Position numbers and translations under genes: made by a program | Shown: positions 36,330-48,105 of the stretch, in pieces | Position numbering within the stretch: position 1 is the first letter of the stretch | How the letters are laid out: the number at the start of each line of letters is the position of its first letter | The notes under the pieces: model-generated | What the model was told of the DNA's origin: nothing | The model's database searches: none | What the model saw: only the letters and a program-made list of their open reading frames with translations | Assembly: GCF_963921235.1 (NCBI RefSeq) | Contig: NC_086108.1 | Location: 86,244,001-86,308,000, forward strand | DNA from: Mobula hypostoma | Taxonomy: Eukaryota | Length of the DNA: 64,000 nt | Direction of reading: 5' to 3'

Positions 36330-38612
36330 AGAGTAAAAAGACCTTGATGGGTGTTATACACATGCCCCCAAACAGTAGCCAAGGTGTGGGATATAAATTT
36401 CAATGGGAAATAAGAAAGACATGTAGTTAAGGCAAAGTTACAATAGTTATTGGGATTTCAATATGCAGGTAAATTTAGAAAATAAGGTTGGTGCTAGATC
36501 CCAAGAGAAGGAATTTGTAGAATGCCTACAAAAATGGCTTTATAGAGCAGCTTGAGGTTGAACTCCCTAGTGGAAATGCAATTCCGGATTTGGGTATTGT
36601 GTAATGAACCAGAATTGATTAGGGAGCTTAAGGTAAAGGAACCCTTAGGAGTCAGTGATCATAATATGACAGAATTTATCCTGGTTTGAGAGGAAGATAT
36701 ATGAGTCTGAGAATGAGTATTACTGTAGAGTAAAGGGAATTACAGAGGCATGAAAGAGGAGCTGGCCAAAATGATAGGAAGGGGAAGCTCGCAGGGATGA
36801 TAGCGGAACAATGGCTAGACTTTCTTGAAGCAATTCAGAAGGTGCATGATGGATACATTCCAAAGAAGTAGAAATATTATAAAGGGAGGATGTGGCAACC
36901 ATGGCTGACAATGGGAGTGAAAAATAGCATAAAAGCAGAAGAGAGAGTATACAATATAGAAAAAAAAATAATGGGAAGTGAGAGGATTGGGAAGCTTTAT
37001 AAACCAACAGAAGACAACTAGAAAAAACTTAAGGTGAGAAAAGATTAAATATGAAGCTGATAATATCAAAAAAGATACCAATTATTTTTCAGATATATAA
37101 AGAATAAAATAGAGGTGAGAGTGGATATTGGGTGGCTGGAAATTGATGCTGGAGAGGTAGTAATAGGAGGCAAAAAAAAGGCGCATGAACATATCAAATA
37201 TTTTGCATCGGTATTCATTATGGAAGATACCAGCAGTATACCAGAAATTCAAGAGTGACAGGATGCAGTTGTTGTTACTAAGGAGAAGGTGTTTGGGACA
37301 CTCAAAGGTCTGGAGGTAGATAAGTCACTTGGGCCAGATACACTCTAGGTTATGAAGGAGGTGGCTGAAGAGATTGTGGAGGCCTTTGTAAAGATCTTTC
37401 AAGAATTACTAGATCCTGAAATGTCTTCAGAGGACTGAGAAGTTACAAATGTCACTCCACTCTTTAAGAAGAGACAGAGGCAGCAGAAAATTAATTAAAG
37501 GTTAATTAGCCTGAGTTCAGTGGTTGGGAAGATGTTGAAGTCCATTATTAAGGATGAGGTTTTGGGATACTTGGAGGCACATGATTTTAGCCTGGTTTCC
37601 TCAAAGGGAAATTTTGCCTGATAAATCTCTTGGAATTCTTTGAGGAAATAACAGGCAGGATAGACAAAGGAGAGTCAGTGGATGTTGCTTACTTGGATTT
37701 TCAGAAGTCCGTTGACATGGTGCTGCACATGAGGCTGTTTAACAAGATAAGAGCCCATGGTATTACAGTAAATATACTAAAATGAATAGAAGATTGGCTG
37801 ATTAGTAGGAATCAAAGTGTGGGAAAAAGGGGTCAAAGGAGTCTTTTCTGGTTGGCTGGGGGTGAGTAGTGGTGCTCTGCAGAGGTTGTATTGGGATCGC
37901 TTCTTATTACCTGATATTGTATGTCAACAACTTGCATGATGGAATTCATAGCTTTGTGGCCAAATTTGAAAACAATACAAAGATAGGTGGAGGGGAAGAT
38001 CATGTTGAGGAAGCAGAGAATCTGCAGAAGGACATATTTATATTTTGGGGAAAGAAGGGGCAGATGGAATTAGTGTAGGGAAGTGTATGGTCATGCATTT
38101 TGGTAGAAAGAATAAATGCATAGATTATTTTCTATACAGGGAGGAAACTCCAGAATTAGAGGTGCAAAGCTACTTGGGAGTCCTTGTGCAGGATTCCCTA
38201 AATGTTAACTTGCAGGTTGTATGGGTGGTAAGGGAGGCAAGTGCCACATTGAGATTAATTTCAAGAGGACGAGAATACTAGAGGAAGGGTGTGATACTGA
38301 GGCTTTGTAAGTAGTTGGTCAGGCTGCACTTGGAGTATTGTGAGCAGTTTTGGACTCCTTATCTAAAAAATATATGTGCTGGCAATGGAGATGGTCCAGA
38401 GGAGGTTTATGAGAATGATTGCAGGAACGAAAGAGGTGCACAAGGAACGTTTGATGGCTTTGGTCCTGAACTCACTGGAGTTTTGAAAAATGAGGGAGGA
38501 TTTCATTGAAACCTATCGAAAATTGAACGACCTATTTAGAGTGGATGTGGAGGGGATGTTTCCGATAGTGGGTGAGTCTAGGACTAGAGGGCACAGCCTC
38601 AGAATAGAGGGA
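36330..38612 (+). mobile_element. Decayed CR1 ORF2 (endonuclease through RT)
   Basis: Collinear with 21360-23540; many stops and frameshifts. Confidence 0.88.
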
Positions 38613-39140
38613 CATAGAACATAGAAGAGGACACCACAGGAATGTGCTATTCGGCCCACAATGTTGTTCTGAACCAGCTCAGAAGCATGTCTAAATCACT
38701 CAAACACTAATCTCTCCTACCTACGCCGTGTCCATATCCCTCCATCCTCTCACGTCCAAACATTTCTTAAAAGCCTCTAATTTATTGGCTCCTACTACCA
38801 AACCAGGCAGTGCATTCCAGGCATCCACTGCTCTCTGAGTAAAAAAACTTACTCCTCACATCCCCCTTGAACCTACCCACTTTCACCTTCAGTGCATGCC
38901 CTCTGGTATTTGACATTTCAACCCTGAGAAACAGATACTTTCTGTCCACTCTATCTATGCCTCTCATAATCTTGTAAACCTCTATCAGGTCTCCCCTCAG
39001 CCTCCAGCGCTCTAAAGAAAACGACCTAAGTTTGTCCAGCCTCTCATGAGAGCAGGCAGCATCCTGGTGAACCACTTCTGCACCCTCTCCATAGCCTCAG
39101 CATCCTTCCTATAGTGGGGTGACCATAACTGTACGCAGTA
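38613..39140 (-). mobile_element. CR1 3' fragment, tail-to-tail with the preceding CR1
   Basis: (tctatgt)n tail; ORF 38782-39075 (FSLERWRLRGDLIEVYKIMRGIDRVD). Confidence 0.88.
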
Positions 39141-39374
39141 CAATATAGATGATATGCAGGACAAGTATTTTTACTGTACATGTGACATTATTAAATCAAT
39201 TTACCAATTTATACCCCACTCCATAAATATATACCATTGTACTCAACACACGCCGTTCTCATGTCCCATGGTGAATCCAAAGGTTGTGGCAACAGTTCAG
39301 TGATGGGGTGAGTGAAGTTGAGTGAACTAATTGACACCCGATTGTCAACTGGTATGGAAACACCAATGGGTTTG

Positions 39375-39860
39375 AATGGAAAATCCAACAAAAGGTAGTG
39401 GATTTGGCCCAGTACATCACGGGTAAAGCCCTCCCAACCACTGAGCACATCTACATGAAATGCTGTTGCAGGAAAGCAGCATCCATCATCAGAGATCCCC
39501 ACCACCAGGCCATGCTCTTTTCTCGCTGCTGCCATCAGGTAGAAGGTACAAGAGCATCAGGTTCATGAATAGTTATTACCCCGCAACCATCAGACTCTTG
39601 AACAAAAGGGGATAACTACACTCACCTGCCCATCCACTGAGATGTTCCCACAACCAATGATCTCACCTTAAAGACTCTTTATCTTGTTCTCGTTATTTAT
39701 TGGTATTTAATTTATATTTGCATTTGCACAGTTGTTGTCTTCTGCACTCTGGTTGATCTTTCATTGAGCTTGTTAAAGCTACTATTCTATATTTTTGCTG
39801 AGTATGCCCGCAGAGAAATGAATCTGAGGACTGTATGTGATGACATGTATGTACTCAGTA
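39375..39860 (+). mobile_element. Rex1/Babar 3' end
   Basis: aaagcagcatccatcatcagagatccccaccaccaggcc..ctgctgccatcaggtagaaggtac followed by a 3' UTR. Confidence 0.8.
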
Positions 39861-40109
39861 TACGCTCATACTCACCCTGCACCAGTCTCCACTCCCTACA
39901 ACCAGATGAGGCGTTCTTCTCTCACGGATGTGGGCCCATCCGAGCAGCTTCAGCAATGTTTGGTTAGGTTTGATCTGAGTTTCAGCCTCTGCACTGTGTT
40001 TCTGCCTTATCTCCCACAGGTTACTGGCATATAAGTATCTTCCTTGTCCTCTACATCTTTGTCAAGCATTTCATCTTCTTCATGTGAGTACGCGCAACTG
40101 GGAGGGTCA

Positions 40110-40362
40110 GTCCCATTCCAAGTTCCTCACCTATCCACCGCTTGCCATTCACTTCCACCTTCCACACTCCCACTGGATCCCATCCTTCCCGTTCACTTCC
40201 ATCACTTGGGCCTAATGGGACCCCACCCCTTCCCATTCACTCCCACCGTCCAGACTTCCAATGGGACCCCACCCTTTCCCATTCACTCCCACTGTCCGCA
40301 CTCCCTATAGGACCCTATCCCTCCCCATTCGCTCTCAAAGGGACCCCACCCACTCCCACTCT
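40110..40362. repeat. Degenerate C-rich tandem repeat (cccattcactcccact / gggacccc units, ~45-bp period)
   Basis: Recurrent cccattcactcccac and atgggacccc motifs. Confidence 0.65.
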
Positions 40363-40489
40363 ATGGAAAAGCTCTGAACTATTCAATTAAACTTTATTGA
40401 TAATGCTGCTTGTACAATATGTAAACTCCTCCCAAGTGGGGGTGGCTAACTGAGTGACAGAGGAATAATGCTATTAACTACCACTACAG

Positions 40490-40655
40490 AGGCCAAGTCA
40501 GAGTTTGAAAGGTTCTTGATTCATTAAGGCATCAAAGGGTATAGGGAGAAGGCAGGAGAATGGGGTTGAGATGGATATTAAATCAGCCATGATGGAATAA
40601 CAGATCAGACTCCATGAGCTGAGTGGCCTAATTCTGCTCCTGTTTCTTTTGGTGT
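40490..40655 (+). mobile_element. CR1 3' UTR fragment
   Basis: ggcatcaaagggtatagggagaaggcaggagaatgggg..tcagccatgat..tggcctaattctgctcct. Confidence 0.8.
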
Positions 40656-41028
40656 ATTTTAATTTTGTTTGATTAGCGACTTTAATACTTAAATCATTAC
40701 ACATACCTACGGACCACACATCATTTAAAGTAAACAGCTTAATTTATTGCAACCCTCTGTCACTTTTGCAACCACTCTAAGAATAGCCAATAGCCAATGC
40801 GTTCATCTTCTCAGTGAAAGCAACATTCAGCTCTTTGAAATGATATGCCCAGATGGTTAAAGCCTTGGCACGGTTTTAGTGGTTATTATGCTGGATTGTC
40901 CTGGAGTCAGGCCTCAATCCACAACACATGACAGAAAGCTGAATCAGGAATTCCATTTGGAACACTGCTGGCTATCATTCAGCACTATTTGGCTATTTTA
41001 TGATGAAGATTGAACTGCATCACTCAAA

Positions 41029-41259
41029 TTGGGAGATCGTTTTGCTGAACACCTACGCTCTGTCCGCCAGAGAAAGCAGGATCTCCCAGTGGCCACACAT
41101 TTTAATTCCACATCCCATTCCCATTCTGACATGTCTATCCACGGCCTCCTCTACTGTAAAGATGAAGCCACACTCAGGTTGGAAGAACAACACCTTATAT
41201 TCCGTCTGGGTAGCCTCCAACCTGATGGCATGAACGTTGACTTCTCTAACTTTCGCTAA
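41029..41259 (+). pseudogene. C-terminal half of a PLE GIY-YIG endonuclease (5'-truncated, frame open)
   Basis: LGDRFAEHLRSVR..LPVATHFN..HS..RLEEQHLIFRLGSLQPDGMN, showing the R..EH, E and G.N motifs typical of the PLE endonuclease. Confidence 0.85.
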
Positions 41260-41564
41260 TGCCCCACCTCCCCCTCATACCCCAACCATTATTTATTTAT
41301 ATACACACGTTCTTTCTCTCTCTCTCTCCTTTTTCTCTCTCTGTCCCTCTGACTATACCTCTTGCCCATCCTCTGAGTTTTTTTATTCCCCCCTCCCACT
41401 TTTCTTTCTCCCTGGGCCTCCTGTCCCATGATCCGCTCGTATCCCCTTTGCCAATCATCTGTCCAGCTCTTGGCTCCATCCCTCCCCCTCCTATCTTCTC
41501 CTATCATTTTGGATCTCCCCCTCCCCCTCCAACTTTCAAATCCCTTACTCACTCTTCCTTCAGT

Positions 41565-41602
41565 TAGTCCTGACGAGAGGTCTCGGCCTGAAACGTCGAC
41601 TG
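41565..41602 (+). ncRNA. Minimal type I hammerhead ribozyme, canonical core
   Basis: tagtc CTGACGA g agg tctcgg cct GAAA cg TC gactg. Stem II agg/cct; predicted cut after 41597. Confidence 0.85.
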
Positions 41603-41864
41603 TACCCCTTCCTAGAGATGCTGCCTGGCCTGCTGCGTTCACCAGCAACTTTGATTTGTGTTACTTTTTTTCCTTTTATGGTTCTATGTGTCAGATTTCA
41701 TTGGCTGTTGATAATTGGTAATTGTTTCATTATTTTTATATGCAGTGAGTTACAGTGAAAATATTTGCTTTGCATGCCATTTATACAGACATTTTGACCA
41801 CATTGTATGTTGAGGTAGTATAAGGAAAAAGCAATAACTGAATGCAGAGTAATATACCAGGTTG

Positions 41865-43430
41865 GGTTCTGAAAGACTCCGCAGCCCAACTAACTGAGTT
41901 CAACATCTGTCTGTAACAGTCCATTGTCCCCTCAGTTTTCAAGGCAGCAACCATCATTCCAGTGCCAAAGAAAGAGACAGTAACCTGCCTAAATGACTAT
42001 CGTCTGGTGGCATTAACATCAACCATGATGAAAGACTTTGAGTGGCTGATCATGGAGCATATTAAAGCCTTACTCCCAGCTATATTGGACTGATTCCGCT
42101 TCGCTTATCACTCAAGTCCATCCACTGATGATGCAATAACCTCTGTCCCATCCCACCTGGAAAATGGGGTCTTATATGCCTGACTGCTGCTTATAAACCA
42201 GAGTTTGGTGTTTACACCATCATTCCCCCCCGCCCAAAACTGGTGGGGAAACTGTCTTCACAAACAGAAGAAAATCTGCCGATGCTGGACGACCGAGCAA
42301 AACGCACAAAATACTGGAGAAATTCAGCAGGCCAGGCAGCATCTAAAAAAAAGAGTACAGTCGACATTTTGGGCTGAAACACTTCGGCAGGACTAGCTTC
42401 TGTTATTGCTTTTCCCAATCCCGCTGAAGGGTTTCAGCCTGAAATGTCGACTGTACTCTTTTTTTAAGTGCTGCCTGGCCTGCTAAGTTCCTCCAGCATT
42501 TTGTGTGTGTTGCTGGGTAACTGTCCTCTCTGGGTCTCAACACCTCCCTCTGCAAATGGATACAGACTTCCTAGCAGACTTCCTTGTGGGCAACAACGTC
42601 TCTAGTCTCATTACACAGTCGCTCCCCAAGGCTGTGTCCTCAGCCCGTTGCTGTTCACACTGCTGACACCTGACTGCATTACAGGATTCAGCTCAAACCA
42701 TGTCTTCAAGTTTGCAACACAACACTGGTTGGCCTAATCCAGAACCTTGATGAGACGGAGTACAGAAAGGAAGTAGAGTGGCTGCTGGATTGGTGCGAGA
42801 AGAACAGCCTAAGCCTGGAAGTGGACAAGGCCAAGGAAATCACTGTGGAGGTCAGGAAGGTGCAGACAAACCATCCCCCTCTTCGAATACACGGCTCCTC
42901 TATAGGGAGAGTTAAGTGCACCAAGTTCCTGGGAGTTCACATCATGGATGACTTCACCTGGTCCCTTAATATCATCTCCCTGAACAAGAAGGCACAGCAG
43001 AGCCTTCACACATTCGTCAGGAGTGCTGCATATGCAGCACCCTTAGAATTATTAAGGATCCCACCCATCCATCCATTATCCTCTTTGACTTTCTACCATC
43101 AGGCAGGAGACATAAAAACATGAATGGTCATGATTGGAAACTTGTTTCTTCCCTCAGGCCATTAGGCTGCTGGCCTCCCTGCCATATCATATCCAAAATG
43201 TCACTGGTTAATCTGTTCGATACATTACAATATTTAATTAATGCACTTTAGTTTGTTATTGATGTGTGATTTATCTGTAGATTTTACCCTTACCTTCATA
43301 AGCTATTGTGTGTTATGTGCACGACTGTGCTTTACACCCTGGTTTGGGAAACATCTATTTCTATATACAATATATGGTTATATACATTATATACATGCAT
43401 TTAGTTAAATGACAATAAACTCGACATGAC
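41865..43430 (+). mobile_element. Rex1/Babar LINE, decayed RT region and 3' UTR
   Basis: [53 protein letters not shown]; tail aaatgacaataaactcgacatgac. Confidence 0.85.
42259..42514. mobile_element. Foldback PLE-derived insert with two opposed hammerhead motifs
   Basis: Inverted arms ~42296-42393 and ~42418-42514; TSD gggaaactgtctt (42246-42258) / gggtaactgtcct (42515-42527). Confidence 0.85.
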
Positions 43431-43699
43431 ATAGAGTTGCAGTTGCAAAAAGCAAGCAGTGCAGGGAGACAACAAGGTACAAGATCATGATGAGTTAGAT
43501 TGTGAGGTCAAGAGACCACCTGATCATACAAGAGGGCTGTTCAGAGCATCAGGATAAAAGCTCAAATCTAAGTTCAACTTTAATTATCATTGAACCATAC
43601 ATGAATACCCATGAATACAGCTGAATGAATCAGCGATCCTCCGAGACTAAGGTGCAATGCACAGTACCAACAGCCATACACAACACAAGGCACCATAGC

Positions 43700-43860
43700 A
43701 ACCCCCCCTCGATACCTTTCTCATCCATGTACCTATCCAAGCTTCCCTTAAATGTTAACATTTGAACCTGCAGCCATCACTTCTGCTGGCAGCTTGTTCC
43801 ACAGTCGCACCACCTTCCGAGCAAAGAAGTTACTGTCAGATTTCCTTTAAATATTCGCCC
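43700..43860 (-). mobile_element. CR1 3' UTR fragment
   Basis: tccatgtacctatccaa..cttaaatgtt..ggcagcttgttccacagtcgcaccacc. Confidence 0.65.
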
Positions 43861-44127
43861 CCTTCCTTCCGAGAGGCAGCCAGTGAAAATGATCAACGTA
43901 GCAGTCCGCAGAGGAAACAAAACAATAAACAGCACTCTTTCAGATGTCAAAGATGTACAGTACATCATATGCTAGTTCAAAGGGAAATGCCTGGCTAACA
44001 CAAAACTGCACTGGGTGAATTGCAATTGTATCCATGGGACCCCAGTGTGCTGTAGAAAATAATATTAAGCACGGTAGAACAATATTACTTGAAAGAAATG
44101 TTTCGATCCTGATGGAGGTGATTCTAT

Positions 44128-45815
44128 ATGTGAATGTGAATGTGACTGGGTATAAGTGAATGTGCATGTGGGTATACTGGGTATAAGTGAATGTGAGTGT
44201 GACTGGGTATAAGTGAGTGTGAGTGTGACTGGGTATAAGAGAATGTGAATGTGGGTATACTGGGTATAAGTGAATGTGCATGTGGGTATACTGGGTATAA
44301 GTGAATGTGAGTGTGACTGGGTATAAGTGAGTGTGAGTGTGACTGGGTATAAGAGAATGTGCATGTGGGTATACTGGGTATAAGTGAATGTGAGTGTGAC
44401 TGGGTATAAGTGAGTGTGAGTGTGACTGGGTATAAGAGAATGTGAGTGTGACTGGGTATAAGAGAATGTGAATGTGGGTATACTGGGTATAAGTGAATGT
44501 GCATGTGGGTATACTGGGTATAAGTGAATGTGAGTGTGACTGGGTATAAGTGAGTGTGAGTGTGACTGGGTATAAGAGAATGTGCATGTGGGTATACTGG
44601 GTATAAGTGAATGTGAGTGTGACTGGGTATAAGTGAGTGTGAGTGTGACTGGGTATAAGAGAATGTGAGTGTGACTGGGTATAAGAGAATGTGAATGTGG
44701 GTATACTGGGTATAAGTGAATGTGCATGTGGGTATACTGGGTATAAGTGAATGTGAGTGTGACTGGGTATAAGTGAGTGTGAGTGTGACTGGGTATAAGA
44801 GAATGTGCATGTGGGTATACTGGGTATAAGTGAATGTGAGTGTGACTGGGTATAAGTGAGTGTGAGTGTGACTGGGTATAAGAGAATGTGAATGTGGGTA
44901 TACTGGGTATAAGTGAGTGTGAGTGTGACTGGGTATAAGTGAATGTGAGTGTGACTGGGTATAAGAGAATGTGAATGTGGGTATACTGGGTATAAGTGAG
45001 TGTGAGTGTGACTGGGTATAAGTGAATGTGAGTGTGACTGGGTATAAGTGAGTGTGAGTGTGACTGGGTATAAGTGAATGTGAGTGTGACTGGGTATAAG
45101 TGAGTGTGAGTGTGACTGGGTATAAGCGAATGTGAGTGTGACTGGGTATAAGTGAATGTGAGTGTGACTGGGTATAAGTGAATGTGAGTGTGACTGGGTA
45201 TAAGAGAATGTGAATGTGGGTATACTGGGTATAAGTGGGTGTGAGTGTGACTGGGTATAAGTGAATGTGAGTGTGACTGGGTATAAGAGAATGTGAATGT
45301 GGGTATACTGGGTATAAGTGAGTGTGAGTGTGACTGGGTATAAGTGAGTGTGAGTGTGACTGGGTATAAGTGAGTGTGAGTGTGACTGGGTATAAGTGAA
45401 TGTGAGTGTGACTGGGTATAAGAGAATGTGAATGTGGGTATACTTGGTATAAGTGAATGTGAGTGTGACTGGGTATAAGTGAGTGTGAGTGTGACTGGGT
45501 ATAAGTGAGTGTGAGTGTGACTGGGTATAAGCGAATGTGAGTGTGACTGGGTATAAGTGAATGTGAGTGTGACTGGGTATAAGGGAATGTGAATGTGGGT
45601 ATACTTGGTATAAGTGAATGTGAGTGTGACTGGGTATAAGTGAGTGTGAGTGTGACTGGGTATAAGTGAATGTGAGTGTGACTGGGTACAAGTGAATGTG
45701 AGTGTGACTGGGTATAAGTGAATGTGAATGTGACTGGGTATAAGTGAGTGTGAGTGTGACTGGGTATAAGTGAGTGTGAGTGTGACTGGGTATAAGCGAA
45801 TGTGAGTGTGACTGG
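44128..45815. repeat. Minisatellite/satellite array, 26-bp unit gactgggtataagtgagtgtgagtgt with a 31-bp variant
   Basis: About 60 units read directly; the 31-bp variant has gggtatactgggtataag. Confidence 0.97.
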
Positions 45816-46693
45816 TGTTACGAGAATACACATAAAATTAAGATGTTTGCTGGCCTGGGCTAGCATCAGTGGCATCAGCAGTTGGTCTGCCACCTGCCCT
45901 CAGGGGAAGGAGAGATAAGGAACAATGGAGCAGCGTCTGGAGATGTGTAATGAAGGGATGTGGGAGGAAGAGCTGTCTGGAGCGGCTCCCCCCTTTGAAC
46001 CCTGAACTGTTTGAAGTGATGGACAGGCGATACCCCAGCAGGGGGATAAAAAGGGACAGGTTCGCTAAGACAGACACACGCCACCCGAGGTAACGAGACC
46101 CTGGAAGCGGTGCGCTTCTCACGAGTGGGTGAGAAGTGCCAGACAACGACAAGGGTGGAAAGGTACGATCAGCGGGAACCCGGTGTGTGTCCGCCCTTGC
46201 CTGGGTGCCGGGTTCACTGCAGAGGATCGACCGCATCTGGAGGAGGGGTCACAGTCGGTGGCCTCAGGTAACATCACCAAGGACCTGCCCAAAAGCTGTT
46301 TGTGAGCCATCCCGCTGGTCTGTGAGCCATCTTGCTGGTCTGTGAGTGAAGCCGTTCTGAATGATGAGTTGTTCCTATTCTATCTCTCTCTTCCCCCACG
46401 TTGTCCACCGCCATGGCAACGATTACTGCGAACTGAACTACTAAACTGGACTGAACTTTGAGTCATTTTGAAATTGGTCATTTACCCCTAGACAACGACA
46501 GAGCTTGATTGATGCTGTTATCTTAATTCTGTGCACATGTGTGTTTATCATCACTGAACTGTTGCATTTATTATCCTTTCGATTACTGTGTTGCTTGTTT
46601 CTGTAATGAAACTTTCTTAGTTCTAGTACTCCAGACTCCAACTGAGTGATCCATTTCTGCTGGTTTGGCAACCCAGTTACGGGGTACGTAACA
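45816..46693 (+). mobile_element. Solo LTR, 878 bp, inserted in the satellite
   Basis: Perfect 7-bp terminal inverted repeat tgttacg/cgtaaca; 4-bp TSD ctgg at 45812-45815 and 46694-46697; TATA-like gataaaa at ~46045. Confidence 0.92.
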
Positions 46694-46845
46694 CTGGGTA
46701 TAAGTGAATGTGAGTGTGACTGGGTATAAGTGAATGTGAGTGTGACTGGGTATAAGTGAGTGTGAGTGTGACTGGGTATAAGTGAGTGTGAGTGTGACTG
46801 GGTATAAGTGAGTGTGAGTGTGACTGGGTATAAGTGAATGTGAGT
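46694..46845. repeat. Continuation of the 26-bp satellite
   Basis: About 6 more units, in register. Confidence 0.95.
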
Positions 46846-46934
46846 TTATAAATGAAATGGTACAGGCACTTTTTAGCAACGTACACTACTGCGCAAAAGT
46901 CTTTAGGCACGCATAATATATTATCTACCTCAAG

Positions 46935-47144
46935 AACATGAGATGAAGAGTCCTTTGAAAGCGAGTCCATAGGTTGTGGGAAGAGTTCAGTGGTGGGGTG
47001 AGTGAAGTTATCCCCTCTGGTTCAAGAACCTGATGGCTGAGGGGTAATAACTATTCCTGAACCTTGTGGTGTGGGTCCTGAGGCTCCAGTACATCCTTCC
47101 CGATAGCAGCAATCAGCAGAGACCACGATGATGGATGCTGCTTT
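46935..47144 (-). mobile_element. Rex1/Babar 3' fragment, cut off by the Gypsy LTR
   Basis: ggttcaagaacctgatggctgaggggtaataactattcctgaacc..atggatgctgcttt. Confidence 0.75.
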
Positions 47145-47589
47145 TGACACGTGTGTGGTTATTGCCCAAATGCAGAGGGAGAGACACTGAAGCAGATGAA
47201 TAGTTCACTGAATTTTAATAAAAACTGTGCAGAATTAAAGGGAAAAAAAACAATAAATGTTTGGCTATAGTGCCGTTAACAAAAAACTGTCAAGCTAAAA
47301 GCTAACACCAACACTGCAGTTAGGAAGCAATAACTTAATACTAAATGAATACCGCCCATTTACAGTGTCAATTGAAAATGCAGTGTCCTTTCCCAGACAA
47401 GGGTGAAAGTAAGCAGGAAGCATAGATGTTGCATGCTTTGGCAACACTGTCTCGACAACACTGGAACAAGAGGAAGAGAGTTAAATAGCACCACAATGAA
47501 ACACTAATCAGCTAGAACGAGCATACTCAGGAGTGTGATTACGGAACCTGTTCTACACCTCTCCTGAGAGGCACACAGACGCGGTGGCA
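47145..47589 (-). repeat. 3' LTR of the chromovirus
   Basis: tgacac...gtggca; direct-repeat similarity to 52482-52908; adjacent PPT (minus strand aggggaggagga-like). Confidence 0.82.
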
Positions 47590-47886
47590 GAGTGTCCTCC
47601 TCCCTAGGCACAGCCCCTAAGGCGCCAGACACTTGTGCCTGCTGTAAGGCCCAGACGAGAGACTTGTCCTGGGCCGGAACCCGAGAAGGTTGCTCAGGGC
47701 CATACCCCTCCCAATCCACAAGATACTGGAGCCGGTCTCATGCCTGGTGAAATGTCAGGAGGCTCCGCTCAGAATAGACCAGGCACCCATCCATCAAGTG
47801 GAAAGGAGGGGGAGCAGAAGTAGTCATCAACTTGATGAATGCATGGAATACTGGGTAAATCCTTTTTGATGATTATAATCGCAAAC

Positions 47887-48105
47887 TTTATTTATTTATT
47901 TATTGAACTGCAGGGCAGAATAGGCCCTTTCAGCCCTTCGAGCTGTACTGCCCGATAATCTCCCAATTTACAATGACCAATTAACCTACCAACTGGTAAA
48001 TCTTTAGACTGTGGGAGGAATTTGGAGCACCCAGAGGAAATCCCCGTGGTCACGAGGAGAACGTACAAACTCCTTGCAGACAGTGATGGGAATTGAACCT
48101 GGACC
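47887..48105 (-). mobile_element. V-SINE (HE1-like), 5'-truncated, inside Gypsy pol
   Basis: Same V-domain as 12436-12729; (taaa)n tail; B box ggttcaattcc. Confidence 0.85.

Larger units (their letters stand above)
41027..41662 (+). mobile_element. Young Penelope-like element 3' fragment
   Basis: GIY-YIG C-terminal coding remnant, pyrimidine-rich UTR, hammerhead, terminus gatgctgcctggcctgctgcgttcaccagcaacttt. Confidence 0.92.
41695..43561 (-). mobile_element. Older LINE 3' UTR (same type as 17876-18225), split by the Rex insert at ~41865-43430
   Basis: 41695-41860 joined to 43431-43561 (aacaaggt..agattgtgaggtcaagagacca) is collinear with 17880-18135. Confidence 0.65.

Noticed and set aside
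36200..36330. AT-rich piece between the RTE and CR1, possibly an L1/Tx1 fragment
   Set aside because: Too short and diverged to assign.
44128..45815. Regularly spaced repeats resembling a CRISPR array
   Set aside because: Head-to-tail units with no unique spacers and no cas genes, in a eukaryotic context.
43940..45893. Three overlapping ~585-aa ORFs on the minus strand (His/Thr/Ser/Tyr-rich)
   Set aside because: All three frames are open only because the satellite unit has no minus-strand stop codons. The translation is the same repeat in every frame.
46890..46920. Isolated Tc1-like TIR (tacactactgcgcaaaagtctttaggcac)
   Set aside because: No partner TIR or internal sequence identified.
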